DNA of 64,000 bases from Eledone cirrhosa (taxonomy: Eukaryota), in the NCBI GenBank assembly GCA_964016885.1, contig OZ024742.1:363692001-363756000 (forward strand), read 5' to 3'. Positions within the stretch are counted from its first letter, which is position 1. Every line of letters starts with the position of its first letter. Positions 56,440-64,000 of the stretch are shown here, piece after piece. The notes below the pieces were generated by a model. That model was not told where the DNA came from. It did not search any database and was given only the letters and a program-made list of their open reading frames with translations. The translations under genes were made by a program, and so were the position numbers.

Positions 56440-57223
56440 AAGATCAGAATTAAGAGTATTCCGCAGTTCACTGTAATAATAATAATAGTATTAGCTCAAA
56501 AAAGAATAGAGAATTTTCTTCTGAGCTCAAATGCAAATATCTTACACAAAGAGAAGTGTGTTACACAGTGAGATGTGTGTAAAGAATTATTACAAGTGTG
56601 TTTTACCGTTACTGTATAGAAAACAATATCTACAGGTTTAGCAATTAAATAGAAAAAAACTAAGTCAGAATCAAATCTCTGAGCTCAGAAGAAAATTATC
56701 TATTCTTCTTTGAGCTAATATTATTATTATTACTGTGAACTGCGGAATACTCTTAATTCCGATCTTTATACTTAACGAGCTCCAAATTATTGAGCTAATA
56801 AATTCGAATGGTTGGGCTGCTCTCTCTAGCTTTTTACCCAATCCATGAGAGCCGTTATTTGATGCAAATAACACGTAATTTCGCCCTTCTCTGGGCAGCG
56901 TGTATATTAGCTTTCTCTCTATCCATGAGGTTAGATGTGTGGTGAACAGAATCCACATTTACTGACTGAGGATCCTGTGAACTGTTATACTGCACATTTC
57001 TGTGGTGAAACGAAGCGGGATTCGTATCAGCAAACTTATAGTTATAAGGTTGGTAATTTAAAACTCTAATTCAGAGATTTGATTGTGACTTAGTTGTTTT
57101 CTATTTAATTGCTAAACCTGTAGATATTGTTCTCTATACAGTAACGGTAAAACACACTTGTAATAATTCTTTACACACATCTCACTGTGTAACACACTTC
57201 TCTTTGTGTAAGATATTTGTATT
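56435..57223. mobile_element. Retrozyme-like family E (~544-bp monomer) with inverted, circularly permuted left arm
   Basis: 56438-56528 is inverted to ~56680-56770 and 56529-56682 is inverted to 57071-57223; octamer 56862-56869; HHR 56958-57034. Confidence 0.8.
56958..57034 (+). ncRNA. Type-I hammerhead (family E)
   Basis: TTTaCTGA-CTGAGGA-tCC..GGt-GAAA-CGAA gcggga TTCG-TA-TCAGcAAA. Confidence 0.8.
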
Positions 57224-57224
57224 C

Positions 57225-57307
<83 letters not shown>

Positions 57308-58036
57308 TTATGGTAGCAAAGATGCGTCCATAGGTGGTATGCCGGTTGAGCACTCTATGCTCCTACGGAACAGAGTATGATAGAATAGAAAACGAAGAAT
57401 CAGTGATGCATCGGAACTCAATTTATTGTGTCTTACAATTGCGAACAGCTCGAGGTGCGATCTGTGTGTACATCAACCTGAGTCTGGATTCGCAGGTTCC
57501 TCAGGCACGTCTATTGATTTCGGAGCAGATCCTCTTCCCAAGGTTCTGACCCTACGGGTCTATATCGTCTACCTTCATCCTGTTTACGCGTCCTTGGGTT
57601 GGTCACTGGTTAGTGACGTCATCATAATTCTGACCATTGGGAGCAACCCACTGACCATCGGGGCGTGAGCTGTCGGCAAAATTGTGCCGAGTCCCATCGG
57701 CAAAATTACTGCTGTGTGCCTGTTCACACTCCCACACGCACGCACACATACACATGCAGAGAGACACGGACAGATACATATAGAATGGCTCGCGTCTTAC
57801 GTTCACACACGTGCCCACAGAAACATATACGCATATTCATATATATATACACACACACATAAACAGTCACGCAAATATACACATACATGCAGACACAGAG
57901 AGGCTCACACACACTCACACACACCTGTATATATACATACACACACGCACCCATACACACGCGTACATATACATACATATACACGCACGGATATATACAT
58001 ACATACACATACGCACACACATACGCACACATGCAC

Positions 58037-58070
<34 letters not shown>

Positions 58071-58939
58071 GCACATATATACATACATACACGCCCACAC
58101 GGACATATACACAAATAGATATACATACATGTACATATCTATATATATACATATATATGCATATCTATATCTACATATTTGTCCCTCTATACGTGTGTAG
58201 ACACACACACTCACACATATACATACACACACACGTATACTCTTACATGTATAAATGTATATATATATATATACACATACATAAAAAAATATCTAATAAA
58301 TATATAAGAAAAGTATATAAAGATTCACATTGAGCTGTGCATGAGAAAATACACCTTGATGTATATGCTGACAGAGTTGGTATTACGTTGCCAACATGGA
58401 TTACTTCACGTATAGAAAACTCAAGCAAAACCACATATGGGGAACTCATGGGATTAATGTAAAGGGGATGCCTAGACCATATATGGGAAATGCATGCAGA
58501 ATATATAAAATATATATTAGAAATATAAAGAAAAGTATCTAACGATACATATTGGGTTGTACATGGAAAAATATATGAGGTGTTACATAATCAAATGCGT
58601 GGAGAATATGCACACACTACTGAAAAGATACACATGCAAGGAGTGCCTGAACTGGCTATAATGGAGTATGTACTGTGGGTGAGATAGAGTGCCTTATTGA
58701 TGTATGGTATGGGATTGAATATCCATGGAAATTGAGCCACCGTGTCCCGGCTCCTGCGATGTCGTTGCTTAAGATGACGTGCAGAGTCCGATAGGCAGCA
58801 TAGATTGTGTCGTCTTACCCCACAGGGCATACATAGTCAACAAGGTATGGTGTCAGTCCCCTTGGACCCGCACCGCCGCTCGGACTGTCGTCCGTTCCCC
58901 ATATGCCTTTTATGGGCCGTCCGGTGGTGCCCGTGCACA

Positions 58940-59460
58940 GAGTATGCACCTTCTCTGGTATCTGCATGTCATGATAATCTCTGATTTCAGGTTTATCGCA
59001 ACACCCTTTAGTCTCACTATCTCCTACTATAGCCTACACTTCCTCTCTCCAGCCGTATATGCATTTGCATGTTGAACGATCCTCCAGTTGAGATCATACG
59101 GGGTGCCGTTGTATTTCAAGACCCATATTAGGTCCGCCAGACCAGTGGAGTGTCTCTTGCTCCGGTCCTTGAAAGAGATTGTGTGATTATACATCCTCGA
59201 TTTAAAGGTCGTGGATGTTGCGCCGATGTAGATGCGCTTGGTGTTGTGCGTATTAACCACACATTTATATACTAGGCCCTTCGTTAGGCATCTTCCCTGC
59301 AGAGGGCAATGTGTGCCCGCCTTGCAGTTGCATGTTCGGTCGTTATGTTGCTCATCTCTTACGCTGGGCCCTGGGTCTACTACGGCATTCACCCGATTCT
59401 CTGGGTGTTCTTATGTCGGTGCGATGGGTTCCCCTCCATCATTCAGTTCCGCATGGCATT
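58940..59460 (-). pseudogene. Penelope-like GIY-YIG endonuclease fragment
   Basis: TCNCKAGTHCPLQGRCLTKGLVYKC..IYIGATSTTFKSRMYNH..STGLADLIWVLK..LNWRIV. Confidence 0.9.
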
Positions 59461-59999
59461 CGTTTAGATGTAAATCTGGAACTGAATACGAGCATAGACC
59501 GGCCATACCACAAGCCCAACGAGAACCTGCAATATGTGAACAGGCACTCGAACCACCCCAAGTTCGTAATAGACGCCATAGTCTAGTAATGGAAGCCATA
59601 GTAAAAGATTACCATAAAGGATTACCGCAAGGACGCAAGACTGACACTAAGACAGACGAAGACACACGCGGTTGGCAGACCACCCAGTACACGCAGACTG
59701 AATCCCGACACAGACACAATACGCGACGTGGACACTGGAACTAGTGACAGGGTAAAGACAGATACGGGCGTGAAACCAGATAGAGGAAACACCCGGGTCA
59801 ATAGCAATGACATAGCCCTGACAATAGCACCAAATAACATTAACGGGACTACCAGTAGAGCCAACAATATAGAACGGAATACTTCAGTAAGCAAACGGCG
59901 TAACCCCGACGTACACGGTAGATATATAGATAGCGGTAGCATAGGGGACGAACTAACTGGTAGACACAACCCAGGACGGGCACCTGACCCAAAACACAT

Positions 60000-60000
<1 letters not shown>
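59460..60000 (+). pseudogene. Penelope-like RT C-terminus and linker, inverted relative to the endonuclease part
   Basis: LDVNL..RPYHKPNENLQYVNRHSNHPKFVIDAIV, followed by an open low-complexity linker. Confidence 0.75.
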
Positions 60001-60052
<52 letters not shown>

Positions 60053-60089
60053 ATACTACTACTACTACCACCACTACTACTACTTATAA

Positions 60090-60147
<58 letters not shown>

Positions 60148-60158
60148 CCTGCTACTAT

Positions 60159-60203
<45 letters not shown>

Positions 60204-60445
60204 CACCACTACTACTACTACTACAACACCCCCCCCCCCCCCCCACCCATCCACCTATCCACACCGCCGCCGCCGCCACCACCACCACCACCACCACCAC
60301 CACCACCACCACCACCACCACCACCACCACCACCACTACTACCACCACCACCACCACCACCACCACCACCACCACCACCACCACCACCACCACCACCACC
60401 ACCACCACCACCACTACTACTACCACCACCACCACCACCACCACC

Positions 60446-60476
<31 letters not shown>

Positions 60477-60521
60477 CCACCACCACCACCACCACCACCA
60501 CCACCACCACCACCACCACAG

Positions 60522-60568
<47 letters not shown>

Positions 60569-60578
60569 CACCACCAGC

Positions 60579-60609
<31 letters not shown>

Positions 60610-60660
60610 CCACCACCACCACCACCACCACCACCACCACCACCACCACCACCACAGACT
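60001..60660. repeat. (ACT)n/(ACC)n compound microsatellite
   Basis: Direct reading. Confidence 0.95.
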
Positions 60661-61263
60661 ACATGGCCCCAACCAGCGTGGTGAAGCTGGGGTAATCCGA
60701 CCGCCAACAGGGGCAGGCGGCTGACGGTTCCTCAGGGCAGAGAGAGGCTCCAACTATAGTCCGGTCCCCGCGGCGACCAGTCCCATAAACATACAGTATA
60801 TTATCAAATATACTATACATACATTCATATATACATCCCTATTTTTGCTGGACGGCAACTGCTCTGCTTAATTCAGAGCACGTATACTAATATATAGAGA
60901 GAGAGAGCAAACAGAGTAGAGCAAACATCACGAGCGCTCTATCTCAAAATTATGTGTGAAAAGCATTAGAAATGCGCCACCGGTAAAAACTTAAAACTAA
61001 AACTGAATACTAACCAATACTTATTACTAATTTATACTTATTCCTAATTAAACTATTTTTCACTGGGAAAAATTTGTCAGCATTTTCTTTTCCTTTTTAC
61101 TAATATATATATTTGGCTGCGCTTTCTAGCAGCAAGCCTACCCGCCGTAAGCAACCAATCACATTCTTTCTGGCTTGACCACAGCCACATAGCGATTCTT
61201 AGCCATTTTTGAATCTATTTTTGGCGGGATCGGATTGAAAAACTAGATGTCTGATTTTGAGTT

Positions 61264-61342
61264 TGTCTCCTGATGAATCCTAACTCAGGACATTCCTATT
61301 ATTTGGATGTCTAAAAATACGGATGAAACCATGGTAGAGATA
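61264..61342 (+). ncRNA. Type-I hammerhead with extended stem II
   Basis: TGTCTC-CTGATGA-ATCC..GACATTC..GGATGTC..GGAT-GAAA-CCATGG-TA-GAGATA; palindromic ACCATGGT stem III. Confidence 0.85.
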
Positions 61343-61623
61343 TAATTACGGTATGTTCGCATTTCTTCTAAGTTTAGTTTTACACCTAATTGTGTATGGT
61401 TGATGATATATTTAGTCAGTTTCTACATGCTGTCGAAATGTTGGATAAATACTCGATTGGGGCCACCGCGAAGAGGCTACGTTCGGTTATTTGTCGGAGA
61501 TTTCTCCATAAGAGCCTTTCTTCTTATAGCTTGATCTAATTGATTTTTTATATGGTTAATTAAGCTAATTAGAAGAAGAAATAGTATATATTTTATCTGA
61601 TGATTCTAAAGACATGATTTATG

Positions 61624-61659
<36 letters not shown>

Positions 61660-61739
61660 ATTTAATATATATTTGTATCTATGTAATAATATTTGTATTG
61701 AGTACCTTACTTACTGATTGAACCCGGGATAACCTTATA

Positions 61740-61798
<59 letters not shown>

Positions 61799-62798
61799 AA
61801 TACTCTTAGTATATATATATATACATATAAGATACTCTTTCATTATTTCTGAATTAGAGGGTGAGAGAGATCTATTATATCGAGACTAGTAATATAGAGC
61901 TCCATAACTACAATCGATTTGTTAGTATATCGATATGCAATCAGTCTTCTGTAACAATCGTAAAGCAATGATCAAATTAAGCACTACACCTCACCTTTTT
62001 TGTTTTCATTGTTCAACTAATATGTATATCTGTTAGACACGCAGTGACTAACAACAGAATGTTTTAAGTCTGCATGTCTGACATATATGCATAGCTTGTG
62101 GATAAAAGATTCAAGGGGTTTCGCTGGCCGTGGTGATCTCTCCCAAACATGTTTTGTAAAGTATCGTCTTATTGGCTAATTTCATCGTCTTATTGGCTAA
62201 TCAACCAATGAGCGTAATTGCTGCTCAAAAGCATCCGCCACTTTGTTTGCACGTTTATTTATCGTTTCGCTTTCGAATCTTCCTCCTGTATTTCGTCGTT
62301 TTTATCATCAAAATATTTTTCTCGTTTTGGAAACTTATATTGTTAATTCATATATGATTCTTTTAAATTAATATTAACTATTTTTTTTCAGTTCGTTATA
62401 ACATGCTTATAATATTGGTTGTATCCTATTTACTTGTATATTTGTCCATATTATTGTTCGTTTTATGTTAGATTATTTTATTATTATTATGTTAGATTAT
62501 TTCTTTTATTATTATGTTAGACTATTTGTATGTAATATTTAATTTTTATTAATTCAACTATAACAATTATTATGTAAAATATATTTATTTAATATTGATT
62601 GTTTTTTGTAGTTGTTAATATTAAAAGTCTGAAAATATTTTTATACATCTTACAATAATGTTTATAAGATCATTTATAAAATAACAATTATATAATCTAA
62701 TTACATTACAACGATAATTTATTATTAATATATATTTATATTTATTATTAATATATATTAACTAGAGTTATTACAAGCGTTGCCTTAAAAAATATATT

Positions 62799-63246
62799 AA
62801 ACTAGACCTGAAAAATGCGCAAGCTCCAAAGAGCCACAGAATGTTATAATAAACCTTCAAAAGTGTGGGACTAGAGTTGTTGCGCAAAAATATTGTAATC
62901 ATTATCTATCGTACACTCTGTGACATCGTTTTATAAAAAGAGACTCATAACGAACTCAAGACGACGCGAAAATTATTTAAGTGAATTTATAATATAGAAT
63001 TCGGTTTAAGTGCATTTCATATTAATCATTACTAAACATCTAATATGAGATATTGAACATTAGCTTAAATAATTATTGTGTCGTCTTGAGTTCGTTATAA
63101 GACACTTTTTTTATAAAAGGATGCCACAGAGTGTACGATAGATAATGATTACAATATTTTTGAGCAACAACTCTAGTCCCGCACTTTTGAAGGTTTATTA
63201 TAACATTCTGTAGCTCATTTGAGCTTGCGCATTTTTCAGGTCTAGT
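62799..63246. repeat. ~180-bp inverted repeat with ~85-bp spacer
   Basis: ACTAGACCTGAAAAATGCGCAAGCTC.. vs ..GAGCTTGCGCATTTTTCAGGTCTAGT. Confidence 0.85.
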
Positions 63247-63282
63247 ATATATATGTGTGTGTGTTACAATGGAATTAGAATT

Positions 63283-63730
63283 TAGCTTCGAATATAACGG
63301 TTCAAGATATCCCTCCCCCTTCTCTCTCCTTCTCCCTATTACATTCACTCACCCCCCTCTGCTAGTCACCCTCTATCGCCTAGCCACTTCCTCACACTTT
63401 CACTCACTCACTCTCTGCTACTCACTCTCTCTCTCACTTCCACCATCGTCACACACGGTACGAGATTATTTCCTCACATCCGCACGGCCAACATTCGCAA
63501 GTTCTTATGTTCAAAATGAATTATTGACTTGATTTTCTCATTTTTTTCCTCTCTTTACGTTGCCTCATCATTCATGTTTGTTTACCTGTCTCTCTTTCTC
63601 CACCCAACTCTTTTTATCCCACTAATTTAATTTAGTTAATGTATCGCCCTAGTTTGAGGTATATGGTCTGTAATGCGAAGAAATACCTGTGATGGCTAGT
63701 AGACCACTGATGACGGATATTCCTGGCTTC
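63283..63730 (+). mobile_element. Unclassified repeat related to 46223-46870, ending in a half HHR (CTGATGA ~63707)
   Basis: Shared blocks with 46223-46870. Confidence 0.5.
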
Positions 63731-63792
63731 TATTTCTAATTCTCCATTTATTATATATATCCTAAATGCAACAACACAGCTCGCCTTTTTTC

Positions 63793-63829
<37 letters not shown>

Positions 63830-63891
63830 AAATGATGAATTTTTTAATATAAAGAACTTGTTCTTTGTGTTTATTTCATTGTTTTTATTAA

Positions 63892-63998
<107 letters not shown>

Positions 63999-64000
63999 GG

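Noticed and set aside
57455-57510. Minus-strand CTGAGGA with ACCTG/CAGGT and GTGC/GCAC pairings
   Set aside because: GATG replaces GAAA and stem III does not pair; at best a relic
59728-60684. 318-aa Thr/His/Pro-rich ORF as a host gene
   Set aside because: TTG/CTG-type start within a PLE linker followed by triplet microsatellites

Overview
AT-rich, microsatellite-saturated eukaryotic DNA with no recognisable host gene; the repeat content suggests a mollusc, probably a cephalopod (inference). Nearly all supplied short ORFs are translations of (TA)n, (CA)n, (GA)n or triplet repeats. Identifiable content: a near-complete but mutated Ty3/gypsy LTR retrotransposon of the CsRn1 type (7196-12700), several Penelope-like (RT + GIY-YIG) fragments, RTE-like LINE remnants, nested non-autonomous Helitrons and more than 10 copies of a tRNA-derived SINE. 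The main hidden signal is RNA structure. By eye I find about 30 complete, partial or degenerate type-I hammerhead ribozyme (HHR) motifs from roughly a dozen sequence families, many in fold-back insertions inside (TA)n tracts. Five non-coding, retrozyme-like families (three with measurable 454-544 bp monomers) share a fixed module: octamer ATGCAAAT, a TATA-like box 41-44 bp later, and an HHR core 87-104 bp after the octamer. This suggests self-promoting, self-cleaving, probably circular RNA elements mobilised by Penelope-type RT. All folds were judged by eye, without computation.
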